From: Octopus vulgaris
Taxonomy: Eukaryota
DNA length: 64,000 nt
Direction of reading: 5' to 3'
Assembly: GCA_951406725.2 (NCBI GenBank)
Contig: OX597821.1
Coordinates: 7,254,001-7,318,000, forward strand
A program made the position numbers and the translations under genes. A model generated the notes under the pieces. That model was not told the DNA's origin. It did not search any database and saw nothing but the letters and a program-made list of their open reading frames with translations. Each line of letters starts with the position of its first letter. Positions within the stretch are counted from its first letter, which is position 1. Positions 25,221 through 39,399 of this stretch are shown in pieces.

Positions 25221-26427
25221 TCATTATTTAATGTCTTCTTCCCCTGTTTTTAAAGATAATAATGGATAAGTCAACCTTTTCAATACCAACCCACCTGAAA
25301 CCATTCTTGGTTCTATGATGCAAACTTCCAGTTTCAAAATGATCAAAATTAAAACCTGTCAAAATTTCTTGTTTGTGTAGGTTACAAACACCAATTTGAT
25401 AACAGTAGTTATTTTAGTAAATTCTTCTCAATTTTCTAAAATTAATTGAAACAATTTCAACCAAATTATGGTAACAAAAGGGTTAAGGAAGAAATAGTCT
25501 GTTATTTCCTCTATTTCTGTCGGTTTTGGCAAAGACAGTAGCTCCTTCATTAGCACAGAATTGAAATTAGTTTTAAACAATGTCTGATGTTCTTTACTTA
25601 TTTTCTTTTTTCCCTTTTAAGAACTACACATTGATGTAGTTTTTGTTTTCTTGTTTCATTTTTTCAATGTTGTTAAGACAATAAATCGATATGTGAAAAC
25701 AGGCATTCAAAATCAATAATCAAGATTAGATAAAAGGAACTTCCTGAATAACATATGGTTTTTAAGTTTAATTTTACAATTCTGTTCGGTGTCTGTCAAT
25801 ATAACAGGGTGACCTGACTAAAAACCAATAATTAGTACGTAACCTTTCTGGAATAGTAATCTTCCATTTTAATTCTTAGTCAATCCATTGCATTTTTGCT
25901 ATGAAAATTATTACCTGTTCTTCTTCATGGAGACTTACCAATTTCAAGCATTTTTGTCTAATCCTGTTCAACCTTCTTGATACTAACCTGCCTGAAACAG
26001 CCCTTGGTTCCATTAAACAAATTCTCTGATTTTAAAGGTTTTAAAGCAATCTAAATTAAAGATCTAACATAAAAAAATTTCTTGTAAATTTGTATTTCAT
26101 AAACCAACTTTAGCCTTTAGAATTTGGATTTCTCTGTCAAATATAAAATTTATTTATTCACCTTGTTTTGAATTAGTCATGTATTACCTTGTAGCTTTGA
26201 TATTTCAATGGTTTACTTTTACAATGACATTGTAGGGTAAATGTGAGAGGCCAAATCTGGCCAGTTTGAAGGTAAGACAGGTAGATTATTTTGGCTGGAT
26301 ATGGCTGGTTTAAATACTAAAGGGTTAACAATGATAGTTATTGTAATAAATTCTTCATTATTTTCAAATCTAAGTGAAAAAAAGGCAGTGTTTTTCAACA
26401 GAAATACAGTAACAAAATGGTTTAAGG

Positions 26428-26765
26428 CAGTGGTTTTCAACCATTTTTTACTTGTGGTCCCCTTTCATTACTATTTTATTCTGGTGGATCCCTATAGCCA
26501 TTCAATATTTAAATGCTAATTTTATAGATACTTCTTTCAAAATCCCTATTTTGTTATTCACTCATTCACTTGTGTGGCTCAAATTATGTAAAATGTTAGA
26601 GAAAGAAACCTAGCTGCTTCTTGCATTATATACATTTAAGTCAAATATTTTTCCGGACCTTCAAAACACTACTATGGATTCCCAATTTACTATTATGCAA
26701 GCGTGGACCTCCAAAATCTTATATGAACCCCGAGGGGTCATATGGCACCCGGTTGAGAACCACTG
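26428..26765. mobile_element. hAT/Charlie-like MITE
   Basis: TIRs cagtggttttcaacc and ggttgagaaccactg; related copy at ~55020-55473. Confidence 0.7.
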
Positions 26766-27133
26766 GTTGTGAAGGCATGGCAAAGTAAGAAGTCTGCTTT
26801 GCAGTCCTACAGTCCTGAGTTTGCTTACACTGAGTGGTTAAAAATAAAAGGATCAGAGGTCCATTCCAAGCCATGTATTTCCCACCACCACCACCACTGG
26901 ACAGAACATTGGTCTGTTACAGGATTACTCATTTTTGCCAGCTGGGTGGACTCGACCAACATGAAATGAAGTGTTTGAAATGAAGAACATCGCATCGCTC
27001 TACCCAGGAATGAAAACCACAATTTTATGATCATAAGTGAAACACTTTAATCTCTAAGTCACGTGTCTCTACACATTATTCAGTGGTACCTTGGACTAAT
27101 GACCATTATTGTAGCATCAGGTTTGACCGAATC

Positions 27134-27880
27134 CTTGTACACAACATCATTGTATCCACCCACACATTACATAAGATCGACATCCTTATATTAAAGAAGT
27201 CTTGTTTACAACATCATTACATAGCATTGCATAACGGCTTTATGCTAAACCAGTCTTGTGTACAGAACAGTTTATTATGTAACATTCAGCAGCCATGTAT
27301 TAAGTCTTGAATGCAACAGTATTGCATAACATTAACAAAATGTATATTACTCTTGTATTCCGCACCGTTACATAACAGTAATAGATTCATATTAAAATAG
27401 TGTTGTGTACAACACTAATACATACTAGTTATTGGTTTAAATCAAACATGTATCATACACAACACCATTACACAACATTTGTCCATTTATATTAGTTTGT
27501 ATACAACACTGTTGCATAACATTTACAGATTTATATTACATAAAATTAAGTGTTATATGATATATATTCTTGTATGCAACATATTACATAACATTAACTG
27601 TTAAATATTATGTCTTGTATATAATACTATTACAAAATATTAATTTATATTAGTCTTTATAGAGCTATTGCATAACTGATTTATACAACAATATATTACT
27701 AACATTAACAGTTTTATATCTAAGTAGCCTTGTGTAGAACACTATTGCATAACGGTAATTGATTTATGTTAAAGTATTTTGATATACAATGTTACATAAC
27801 ATCAACAACCTTATATTAAAGTAGATTTGTATACCACACAATTTATTTCATAATGTTATTTAACAGCTTTATGTTAATTT
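27134..27880. repeat. Degenerate AT-rich minisatellite, ~45-50-bp unit (consensus ~cttgtatacaacactattgcataacattaacagatttatattaaagtagt)
   Basis: The motif ttgta..caaca..tt(a/g)cataaca..tatatta recurs roughly 15 times. Confidence 0.7.
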
Positions 27881-28030
27881 AACATTGTAAGTTTAACAAT
27901 TTTCTACTAATTTAACATTATGTATAATTTATATAAATTTAAATTCCTTCAAATTAACATTGACAGAAACAAATCCAGCTGAAAAAAAAAAGCCTGTCAA
28001 TAATAATAATAAAGAATTTTTCAACCTCAA

Positions 28031-28194
28031 CACGCAGGAGTGGCTGTGTGGTAAGTAGCTTGCTAACCAACCACATGGTTCCGGGTTCAGTCCCACTGCG
28101 TGGCATCTTGGGCAAGTGTCTTCTGCTATGCCCCAGGCCGACCAATGCCTTGTGAGTGGATTTGGTAGACGGAAACTGAAAGAAGCCTGTCGTA

Positions 28195-28238
<44 letters not shown>

Positions 28239-28462
28239 TGTGTGTGTATATGTTTGTGTGTCTGTGTTTGTCCCTCTAGCATTGCTTGACAACCGATGCT
28301 GGTGTGTTTACGTCCCCGTCACTAAGCGGTTCGGCAAAAGAGACCGATAGAATAAGTACTGAGCTTACAAAGAATAAGTCCCAGGGTCGATTTGCTCGAC
28401 TAAAGGCGGTGCTCCAGCATGGCCGCAGTCAAATGACTGGAACAAGTAAAAGAGTAAAGAGT
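28031..28462 (+). mobile_element. Full-length family A SINE
   Basis: gcaggagtggctgtgtggtaag head, B box ggttcagtccc, CORE-like cttgggcaagt, internal (TA)n, gtaaaagagtaaagag tail. Confidence 0.9.
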
Positions 28463-30165
28463 AACACATTTTTTTCCTCACTGGAATTTCCCAATTTCCA
28501 CTTGAAGCCTGGAAATGTTTCCCTGGAAGCTGGGGCAGGTGAGTGGTTGTAGGAAGGACATTTCTCCCAGGTCAAGAGTTGTAGTCCGAATTACACAAAG
28601 AATGGTGCAGTTATCACTGGAAGCACATTTTGTTTTAGATGTCCCTGCTTGATCAGGAACCATCTTGACGGTAGAATTAAACAACGGTTGAACCATTTTG
28701 AGAATTCTATTTTACTTTTTTGGTCTGGAAACTCAAGAGGATCCGTCAACTGGAAATGAACAGCTGGGAGATAGAAAATTTCAATATCTTTCCCATAGAC
28801 AATTTATAACTACTGCACTAATATTAACGACATTTATCATTATAGATTTTTCACCCGTTTCCAGAACCTTTATGAAAAAAAAAGAAGGAATAAAATGAGA
28901 TGCGATCTGGTGAGGTTTTGCAATTAAAAATCAATCAATTAGCACTTACCATTTAAATAAATGTAGGCATGAATTGATATACCTACATTTCAACAGGACA
29001 AAAGAAGAAATGCAAAGAGACAAACGATGAATAACACATGGATTGATATGGATACAAGCTCTATATTATGCATGTTGCCATGTTTATGAAGTAAAGACAA
29101 TTGCACAATGGGTGTCATTGCTCTTTTAAAGCACAAAGGGACAACAATCTGGTAATTAAAGCAGTTTAAGTAGTCGCATTGACTTTATGTATAGCTGACC
29201 AATATGGGAATGATATTGGGTACAGAATCTGGGAACGGAACGAAAGCAGTGAACTAAACATTGAAGTGTGTAATGGTACAAGCTGGTATAAAGGGTAAAA
29301 GTCCCCTTTAGGGTCTTTACTCTTTTTACCAGCTTGAATGACCATGGGATGCACCTAGATAGAAATCGGTGGCATGAAGAAGGGAGGCTGGTATGCATGG
29401 ACAACTGCTGGTCTTCTATAAACCACCTTGGCCAGACTTGTGCCTCGGAGGGGAACTTTCTAGGTGCAATGCCCTGGTTATTCATGACCGAAAGGGGTCT
29501 TTACCCCTTTACTTATTTCATTGGCCTTTGTTTTTGCCAAACTAAGCTCTGGGGATGTAAACAAACTCCCATTGTCAAACTGTGTCACATAAAGACAAGA
29601 TGAAGAAGGACAAAATTCACACACATACAAAGATACACTGCCCCCCACACATGCAGGCACACACACTCACACACACACAGATACATAGATGACAGGCTTC
29701 AGCACAGTTTTAATCTAATAAATTCACTTGCACAGTATTGGTTGGTTCCAAGGGTTTAGACTAAAGGCTTTTGCTCAAAGTACAGTGCTACAGTGCTGCA
29801 GATGATGAAATAGCCTTCTGAACCACCCTGCTACGTCTGGGCCTGTTTACATTATGCATTTATTCATTTCAGTTCCACTGTTTCATTTAAGCAAAGCACA
29901 TTGGAAACGAGAGATTAATAGACTAAAACAAAAATATTTAATTTCTTCTTCACCATCATCATCATCATCATCACCATCATATTGTCATAATAATTATCAA
30001 GGTTTCATCATATTGTCGTTGTAACCATCATCATCATCATAATTATCTTCATCATAAATTATACAGTTTCTAGACTGGTAAAAATGTATCAGGTTTGGTG
30101 TTAGAAGTTAATATATTAATGTTTTGTAAATTGCTTTATAAGCAAACAAAGTTAGGTGGAATATT

Positions 30166-30206
<41 letters not shown>

Positions 30207-30442
30207 TACTCTCTGTACGTGTGAATGTGTGTGTGTATATATATGTTTGTTTATGTGTGAATGCGTGTGTGTGTGTGTGTATATATATATGTTTGTGAAT
30301 GTGTGTGTATATATATATATTATATATGTTTGTGTTTGTGTAAGTGTGTGTGTGTACACACATGCACACTTATAAAGAGTGAGAGACAGAGATAGCCTGC
30401 CAGCATGGAAAGCAGATGTAAAATTGATTTATAGCTATCTTT

Positions 30443-30495
<53 letters not shown>

Positions 30496-30838
30496 ATATA
30501 TATATATATACACACACATACATACATATTGGTAGATAAACTGAGTATCACTGGGAAAGTATGTTTGTAAATCTTCATAACCAAATAGGCGTACAGGGTA
30601 TTATTACATACATACATACATACATATACCTGTCTGTCTTTATGTATCTCTCTCTCTCTCTCTCAGACTTATGTTTGATCAATCACACCAAATTGCTGTT
30701 GACATTTTACCAATATTTTCTTTCTCCTTGTAAAATGCGATAATATTGAACTAGTCATGGAATTATTTATTCCTCATGTAGTTTACATGTTAACTTTTTC
30801 TGGCATCTAACCTCTTTTCATAACCTTTTTCACATTTC

Positions 30839-30876
<38 letters not shown>

Positions 30877-31320
30877 GGGGGTGAGTTGGCAGAATTGTTA
30901 GAGCATTGGAAAACAATGCTATGCAGTATCTGTTTTGGCTCTTTTTATATTCTGAGTTCAAATCTCCTTCTGGGATTAACTTTCATTCTTTCAAGGTCAA
31001 TAGAACTAACTAACTGCCAATCCTCCTCTAAAAATATCTGACCCTGTGTTTAAATTAGAAATAGCAGTAAGTTAGCAGAATCATTTGCTGCGGAATTGTT
31101 AGCATCTTGGTTATGATTCTAAACAGCATTATTATGCTTCTGCCTCTTTATGTTATGAATTCACATCCCATTGCTGTCAGCTTTGCCTTTCATCCTTCCA
31201 TGTTTAGTAAAAATAAAGTACCTGTAAGATCTGGAGTCTATGTGAGTGACTTGCCCCCCCACCCCCACCTACATTGCTAGCCTTGTGCAAAATTTGAAGC
31301 TATTATTATTATTATTATTA

Positions 31321-32011
31321 GTGATTGATTGAGCACAGCACACACCATCAAACTGACACTTGGGTACAAATCTACAAAGCCCAATATACCCATCATGACT
31401 ACCCATCTGACAAGGGTATACCAAGCACATATATGACAATCATATGTGATTGACATGGTGATCTCATATCAAGATAAGCAGTGCTGGCCTTGTTGGTGGG
31501 GTCTAATTAGAATTTTCTTTGGGTTGAGTAGCCCATCCCACTCAAAAGGTCTCAGAATAAGTGTTAAGGATGATGAATGAAGCACCCATATTTTCAAGGG
31601 CGACTTATTCAAACCCAAAAGAATTCCTCTATGGCTATGATGCTTCCCCACCACTCTGGTTTGCACGTATTGTCAGCCACAAATGGACATGCTCAACTGG
31701 TTAAGGTCAAGTGTCTAACAAACAAATATATGGCATTGGACCAAATATTTGCTGTAGGCCATCTTTTGTTTGGTAACCATCACAAAACACATACCGTATT
31801 TTAACATGTGTAAGAAACGCTTTTTTTTTTTGTCAAAAATTATGTTTAAAAAATATGGGAGTTTCTTATACATGGATAGTATTATAATCCCTTACAAAAC
31901 CTTTTTTCTGAATTTTAAGCCCCGCAAATTAGGGGGTTCCTTATACACATTAAAATAGGGTGCATATTACCACTTCCAATCAGTTAAGATCAGAAACCTT
32001 GAGACCCACTG

Positions 32012-32012
<1 letters not shown>
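31321..32012 (-). mobile_element. Family E (TAA)n-associated non-coding retroelement, older copy, with nested TcMar-type MITE (31794-31960)
   Basis: Homologous to 32338-32891 and flanked by (TTA)n on both sides; insert has ta-ccgtattttaa..ttaaaataggg termini. Confidence 0.7.
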
Positions 32013-32061
<49 letters not shown>

Positions 32062-32289
32062 GTTGTAGTAGTATTAAGACAGCGAGTTGGCAGAATTGTT
32101 AGCATGCTAAACAAAATGCTTAGCAGTATTTCATCCATTTTTATGTTCTGAGTTCAAATTCCACTAAGGCTTATTTTCCTTTTCATCCTTTCAGGATCAA
32201 TAAAATAAGTGCCAGTTGAGCACTGAGGTAGATGTAATCACTTAGCACCCATCCCTAAAATTTCAGGCCTTGTGCTTATAGTAGAAAGG

Positions 32290-32337
<48 letters not shown>

Positions 32338-32891
32338 GAGTGAGAGAGCAATGCATGCCATCAAAGTAACACTGGGGTAAAATATACAAAGCGCAGTACA
32401 CCCATCATGACTACCCGTCAGATAAGGGTACACCAGGCACATGCATCTCAACCATGTGTGTGCAACATGGTGATCTCATATCAAGATAAACAGTGCATGA
32501 CCTTGCAGGTGGGGCCCAGTTAGAATTTTCTTCTGATTGAGTAGCCCATCCCACTCAAAAGGTCACTGAATAAGGATTGTTTAATGATGTTGAAAGAACC
32601 ATCCATGTTTCCAGAGGTGAATTATCCAAACCTCCAAGAATCCCTCTCAACATACGGCTATGATGCTCCCCCACTACTTCTGCTCGTGATCAGAGATGCA
32701 CATATCGTCAGCCACTAAGGGACATGCTCAACTGGTTAAGGTCAAACAACTGACAAGCAAATCTGTGGTATTGAGCAGAATATTTGCTGCAGCCCATCTT
32801 TTGTACCAAGACAAAACAATGTACATGATAACACTTCCAATCAGTTAAGATCAGAAGCCATGAGAGCGACTGCCTGGTGCTGCATAAGGGC
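32338..32891 (-). mobile_element. Family E non-coding retroelement, longest copy (~554 bp), embedded in (TAA)n
   Basis: (TTA)n at 32290-32337 and ~32894-32913; same sequence at 31321, 32914, 48764 and 61931. Confidence 0.8.
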
Positions 32892-33320
32892 TTTTATTAT
32901 TATTATTATTATTGAGTGAGAGAGCAGTGCATGCCATCAAAGTGACACTGGAATAAAATCAGTGACCGGATGGTGTGCTGTGTTCTTGAGCAAAACACTT
33001 CACCTCACGTTGTTCTGCAATCACTTCAACACCTGACATATGGTACACTGTGCACCTGTTCAGGCAACGTCAATTTGAAGGAGGGAGTGAGCTAATGCAC
33101 TGGGCATACATTTGATCACTACGAGCACATCATTTGTGCAGGTCATTTGGAAAAAGCTGGACCCTCCTATGTCGTCTTCGACAGGGGAACCCATCATTAT
33201 TATTATTTATTAACCCCTAAAGTGCTGGGATTTGCCCTTACATAGCATGGAGTGCTGAGCATAGTTTATGAAAATGAGACTACCATGCACACATAAAAAA
33301 ACAAAAAAATAGTTAAAATA

Positions 33321-33785
33321 AGCACAGGAGTGGCTGTGTGGTGAGTAGCTTGCTAACCAACCACATGGTTCTGGGTTCAGTTCCACTGCGTGGCACCTTG
33401 GGCAAGTGTCTTCTATTATAGCCTCGGGCTGACCAAAGTCTTGTGAGTGGATTTGGTAGACGGAAACTGAAAGAAGCCCGTCGTATATATGTATATATAT
33501 ATGTATGTTTGTGTGTCTGTGTTTGTCCCCCTAGCGTTGCTTGACAACCAATGCTGGTGTGTTTATGTCCCTCTTACTTAGCAGTTCAGCAAAAGAGACC
33601 GATAGAATAAGTACTGGGCTTACAAAGAATAAGTCCCGGGGTCGAGTTGCTCGATTAAAGGCGGTGCTCCAGCATGGCCGCAGTCAAATGACTGAATAAG
33701 TCCCGGGGTCGAGTTGCTCGACTAAAGGCGGTGCTCCAGCATGGCCGCAGTCAAATGACTGAAACAAGTAAAAGAGTAAAGAGTT
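33321..33785 (+). mobile_element. Family A SINE with internal ~67-bp tandem duplication near the 3' end
   Basis: gaataagtcccggggtcgag..cagtcaaatgact occurs twice, at ~33627 and ~33694. Confidence 0.88.
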
Positions 33786-34802
33786 AGTATATAACAGTGG
33801 CAAGTTTTACATCACCTGAAAAGACATTAGTTGAACTATTAGTCCTTTTGTATTCTGGGGTGGAAGTATTGGAGCATTTGAGTGACATTGGAACCCAACA
33901 AACGCCCATAAATTAAATGTGTCTATCTGGGCCACAATCGTGGCCTGTCGACCTGTGCCTGATGGTCACAATCGTGGCCTGTCATGCTTTATGTGTTAAA
34001 GCTTCTATTGTGTCTCTAAGCAAATATCTAAAACATAATATTGTCAAGTTCAATAATTCTGCTTGAACTTTGCAAGATTTTTTTTTTCTTTTAAATTTAT
34101 TTTACCTTTTTTTTTAATCCTGGAAGCTGGTGAAATATTTATGGTTAAACGATTTTTTTTTTTTTTTTCTTTTTCATGATATAGTCTAAAAGCAGAAATA
34201 ACAAAACTGTGATATTTTGGTTTTCAAAAAAATCAACAAGCCCTTGGCCCAAATGCCACTACATTTGATACAAAAGGTGATATTTCAAGTTTTTTTCCTA
34301 TCATCTCAGAAATTGGAAACTGAGAATAGCAGAAATGGAAAACAATAATCCATAAAATGAACAAAACCAAAACAAAACCATTTTTTTTTTTTTGTATAGA
34401 AGAAAAAAAAATATGGTTGATTCAAAGTTTTTTATTTAATTTTTTTTTTTAAAGACAATTTAAGAATTTAAGACATATTTTTCTGTTGTCTTTTTAGCTG
34501 CAGGCTGAAATTTGGGCTGTTGTTTCTATTTTGATCAAAATGATATATATATAATCACAGTTTAATACACACACACACACACACATGTGCACGTGCACAC
34601 ACACATACACACTCATATGAAAAACTTTTATACCATTTATACCATTTTGTCTTAAATTCTTTGAAGTACTTTTTTTGTTTTTTAACTCTATTATCGGTAA
34701 TATGGTCTTATTTAGAATTAGTAGGTTCTCTGAAAAAGTAACAATTTGCTATTTTGTTGATAACACTATAAATTTTGAACAGTTTGCATGTGTGTCTCTC
34801 CT

Positions 34803-35215
34803 GTACTCTTTTACCTGTTTCAGGCATGTGACTGTGTCCATGCTGGAGCACCGCCTTTAGTCAAGCAAATTGACGCCAGGACTTATTCTTTGTAAGCCTA
34901 GTACTTATTCTATCGGTCTCTTTTGCCGAACTGCTAAGTTACGGCGACGTAAACACACCAGCATCGGTTGTCAAGCGATGCTGGGGGGGGGGGGAACAAA
35001 CACAGACACATAAACATGTATACACACATACATATATAAATATACATACATATATATGACGGGTTTCTTTCAGTTTCCGTCTACCAAATCCACTCACAAG
35101 ACTTTGGTCGGCCCGAGGCTATACTAGAAAACACTTGCCCAAGGTGCCACACAGTGGGACTGAACAAGGAACCATGTGGTTGGTAAGCAAGCTGCTTACC
35201 ACACAGCCACTCCGT
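34803..35215 (-). mobile_element. Full-length family A SINE
   Basis: Reverse complement of the family A consensus. Confidence 0.88.
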
Positions 35216-35600
35216 ACATTGTGAGCTTGTTGGCTTAAAGCAACCAAAGGTACTTTCACACTTGGCAGATATGTAAGCCTGCAGGAGAGAAAAGGGATAA
35301 TTTCGGAGGAGATTTAACTGGTGTGAACAGTGCAGAGTTTGGCCATAAAGCAGACAGCAATTAAGCAATCATTAAGGTTTTCTCCACAGGGATAGGCATG
35401 GCTGTGTGGTTAAGAATCTTGCTTTGCAACTGATTTTAGGTTCAGTCCCACTGTGTGGCACCTCAGGCACCTTCTACTCTAGCCCCAGGCCAACCAATGA
35501 CTTGTAAGTGAATCATGTTTCCACAGAAAATTGCATAATGGTGACACTCATTAACGAATATCATGTGATGTTAAAGCAAGGAAAAACTAACATGTACACA

Positions 35601-35640
<40 letters not shown>

Positions 35641-35869
35641 TACATATATACTTTTCTATTCTAGGCACAAGACTCGAAATTTTGGGGGAGGAGGCCAGTC
35701 GATTAGATCGACCCCAGTATGCAACTGATACTTAATTTACCAACCCTGAAAGGATGGAAGGCAAAGTTGATCAGCAGAATTTGAACTCAGAACCTAAAGA
35801 CCGACAGAATACCACTAGGCATTTCGCCCAGCGTGCTAACGTTTCTGCCAACTTGCCTTTACATATATA

Positions 35870-36335
35870 TATTGTGCCTTATGGAGGCAATGACAAGTGA
35901 CCAAGACCTTTGATGATATGCTGTGCTTCAGAAGACCCATCAAGCCAAGTAAAACCATAGTCATGGCTGATGTTGGTGTCACATAACGGGCACCTGTGGC
36001 AGTGGCATTTAAAAAGAACCCTTCAAAGGTGGGGCCTCATCGAGGCAATAATAAGTGACTGAGGCCTTTAACAATATGCTGTGTTTGAGAAAACTTGTCT
36101 AGCCAAATGAAATGGTAATTGTGGTCGATGCCGGTGTCACATAACTGGCACCCATGCTGGTGGCATATAAAAAGCAACCATTACACTCTTGGAGTGATTG
36201 GTGTTAGGAAGGGCATCCAGCCATAGAGACCATGCCAAATCAGATTGGAACTTGGTGCAGCTCTCCAGCTTACCAGTTTGTAGTCAGATCAGCTAACTCA
36301 TGCCAGCATGAAAAGCAGACACTAAATGATGATGA
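35870..36335 (+). mobile_element. RTE LINE 3' end (ORF2 stop region duplicated, plus family C 3' UTR)
   Basis: AMTSDQDL*-YAVLQKTHQAK* type coding end, followed by the family C UTR and (GAT)n tail. Confidence 0.75.
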
Positions 36336-36664
36336 TATACATCTAAAATTTGGAAATGGAGTAGATAAAGTCCAGGTTGCATATATTTCATAGCTAGCAG
36401 AACCTCAAAAGGAGTCATTACCCAAATAAGGGGTAATCCACTAGCTCTTTGTTGGGCCAAAGATACTTTAGTCAAATGAAGGTTACATTGTCAAGAGATC
36501 CCATGTTAACTTGCTGGAGATTTGATCAATATGGGAAAAACTTACAACCTTCTATGTAAATAAACCACCATTGACCCTGGAAGTTGCTTTTTATACCTTC
36601 TGTGGACTGCACAAAGCTTACTAATTTCCTACATCTTGATCTTTGGATCTTACTTTTACATATT

Positions 36665-36696
<32 letters not shown>

Positions 36697-36704
36697 TTTG
36701 ATGT

Positions 36705-36975
36705 TCCTACACATCACTGGTCACAATGCGCTTCACATTGTTTTAGCCTTCAATGACGCCACCCTGCTGGCTAAGCAAGCAGGCCAACAGAAGAAAGAGT
36801 GAGAGAAAGTTGTGGCGAAAGGGTACAGCAGGTATCGCCACCACCCATTGTTGGAGCCTCGTGGAGCTTCAGGTGTTTTCACTCAATAAACACTCACAAC
36901 GCCCAGTCTGGGAATCGGAACTGCAATCCTACAACCACGAGTCCGCTGCCCTAACCACTGGGCCATTGCACCCCC
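36705..36975 (-). mobile_element. tRNA-derived SINE (tggcccagtggttaggg head)
   Basis: A and B box-like head at the right end; head and body shared with 38070-38445. Confidence 0.7.
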
Positions 36976-38069
36976 ACTTATATATAAGGCAAGCTGGCAG
37001 AAATGTTAGCACACCAAGCGAAATGCTTAGCAGTATTTCGTCTGTCTTTATGTTCTGAGTTCAAATTCCGCCGAGGTCAACTTTGCTTTTTCATCCTTTT
37101 GAGGTTGATAAATTAACTACCAGTTGCATACTTGGGTTGATCTAATCGACTATCTCTCTCCCCCAAAATTTCAGGCCTTGTGCCTAGAGTAGAAAAGATT
37201 ATTACATATATGACCAGGCTATCAGCTGTTGTTAGACATCATTGGTCACAATGCAGCTCCATGTGTTGTATTAACTTTGGAATGATGCCATCCGTGTGGC
37301 TAGGTGGGCAGGGTAGCACACTTTTGGACGGGATGCATGTCTGTTGCAGGGTTACAGCTGAGTGGACTGGACCAATGTGAAATGAAGTGTCTAACTCAAG
37401 AACAAATTACACAGCCAGTTTGGTTGAATATATATATATATATATAAGTATATGTATAATTTGAGGACATAATCATTAAAATAATTATACCAGTCACCAG
37501 TGTATATAAGATACACCATTTCAGTAAAATTAATATTTAAGTATTTAATTTTAAATGATTATAATTGAGGACGCTGGAGTGACAACACCAATATGCTAGA
37601 AGTAGAACTTAAAAAAAGAAAAATTTCGAGTGGTTTGTAGACATTTGACATCTGCTTCTAGTGTATTGGCATTGTCTCTCCAGTACCCTTAATTATAATT
37701 ATATATTTATAATTATATACTTTATATATATATATATATATATCTTTTACTTGTTTCAGTCATTCAACTGCAGTCCTGTTGGGGTGCCACCTTGAAGAAT
37801 TTTTAGTCAAATTAATTGACCCTAGTACTTATAATTTTTTTAAAGCCTGGTACATGTTCTATCAGTCTCTTTTGCTGAACCACTAAGTTACAGGGGCATG
37901 CTCACATGCACACATACGACAAGCTTCTTTCAGGTTCCAACTGCCAAATCTATTTACAAGGGTTTAGTCAGCCTGAGGCTGTAGTTGAAGATACTTTTGC
38001 TTTTTAAAAAATTATATTACTCTACCTCTGGTATTCAAGTGCTATTTTTTCCACCTTGTTTTGCATTTA

Positions 38070-38445
38070 TGCGTGGCATTCCGTTGGTTACGACGATGAG
38101 GGTTCCAGTTGATCCAATCAACGGAACAGCCTGCTCGTGAAATTAACGTGCAAGTGGCTGAGCACTCCACAGACATGTATACCCTTAACGTAGTTCTCGG
38201 GGACATTCAGTGTGACACAGTGTGTGACAAGGCTGGCTTTTTGAAATACAGGTACAACAGAAACAGGAAGAAAGAGTGAGAGAAAGTTGTTGAGAGAGAG
38301 AGAGAGAGTACACCAGGGTTCACCACTACCCCTGCTGGAGCCTCATGGAGCTTCATGTTTTTGCTCAATAAACAACGCCCAGTCTGAGAATCAAAACCGC
38401 AATCCTACGACCGCAAGTTCATTGCCCTAACCACTGGGCCACTGC
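38070..38445 (-). mobile_element. tRNA-derived SINE with distinct 3' tail (..atcaactggaaccctcatcgtcgtaaccaacggaatgccac)
   Basis: Head shared with the 36705 copy, different tail. Confidence 0.7.
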
Positions 38446-38562
38446 AAATTTGTTGTTGAAAATGCACCTAAATTTTAAAAACTTGTAATTGCTTAAAATA
38501 GATTTATTTACATATGTACCAAACTAGTTTCAGTAATATTTTTCAACAACAAAATTGCCTAC

Positions 38563-38606
<44 letters not shown>

Positions 38607-39399
38607 GGATGTATTCAAGTATTACATAATTTGAATATGCCCGCATTAGACACCAGTGAATCATTTATTGTACCTACAGTAAAGCAAAGTAATAAAGGAT
38701 TGTTGCTTTCAAATAATGATTTATTATGACTGGTGGTATGTTAAATCAGTGGAACATTAGGCAAATTATCTTTTTTGGTGTTTGGTTGTCTGTTTTTATG
38801 TACTGAGTTTATGGTGGACTGCCCGGGTGCACGCTTTCTTTCCTTTTATTTTTATTCTTCAGAGACCAATAAAATAAATGCTATGGGTGTTGTCAGTGTA
38901 GTCAACCGTATCCTATATAAGGGTAGTGCTACAGCAAAATGGTTACAGTCCACTGACTGAAATCAGTAAAAAATAAATAAATTATCATCAATTTAATGTC
39001 TTCTCTGCCATGCTTGCATGGGTCAGATGGAATTTGTTAAAGCATATTTCCTACAGCTGTATATTGCTTCTGATGCCATCCCTTGCCTGTTTTTTCCAAT
39101 CAAGGTAATATCCCTGTAAGGATAAAAGGCAAAGTTGACCTCAGCAGGATTTGAACTCGAAGTGTCCGAAGGAAAAAGATGTCTTGCACTATTTCCTCTT
39201 GGCTCTCTATGTTCTAGTGATTCTCCCAGTTTACCATTTTGTTTATTCTATGTAATAACAACCTTAAGTTTGTCTCAGTATCCCCCCCACATATATATTT
39301 ACTCTTTCTCCACAGATGTTTCTTTCATTTGATAGCCCCATTTGCTTTCTCAGCATTTAATGTGTGTGTGTGTGTGTATAATATATATATATATTATAA

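Noticed and set aside
32740-32891. HDV-like or twister ribozyme at the 5' end of family E
   Set aside because: Some stems are present (agca/tgct, tggta/tacca), but I could not build the required P3/L3 pseudoknot or the twister core by eye.
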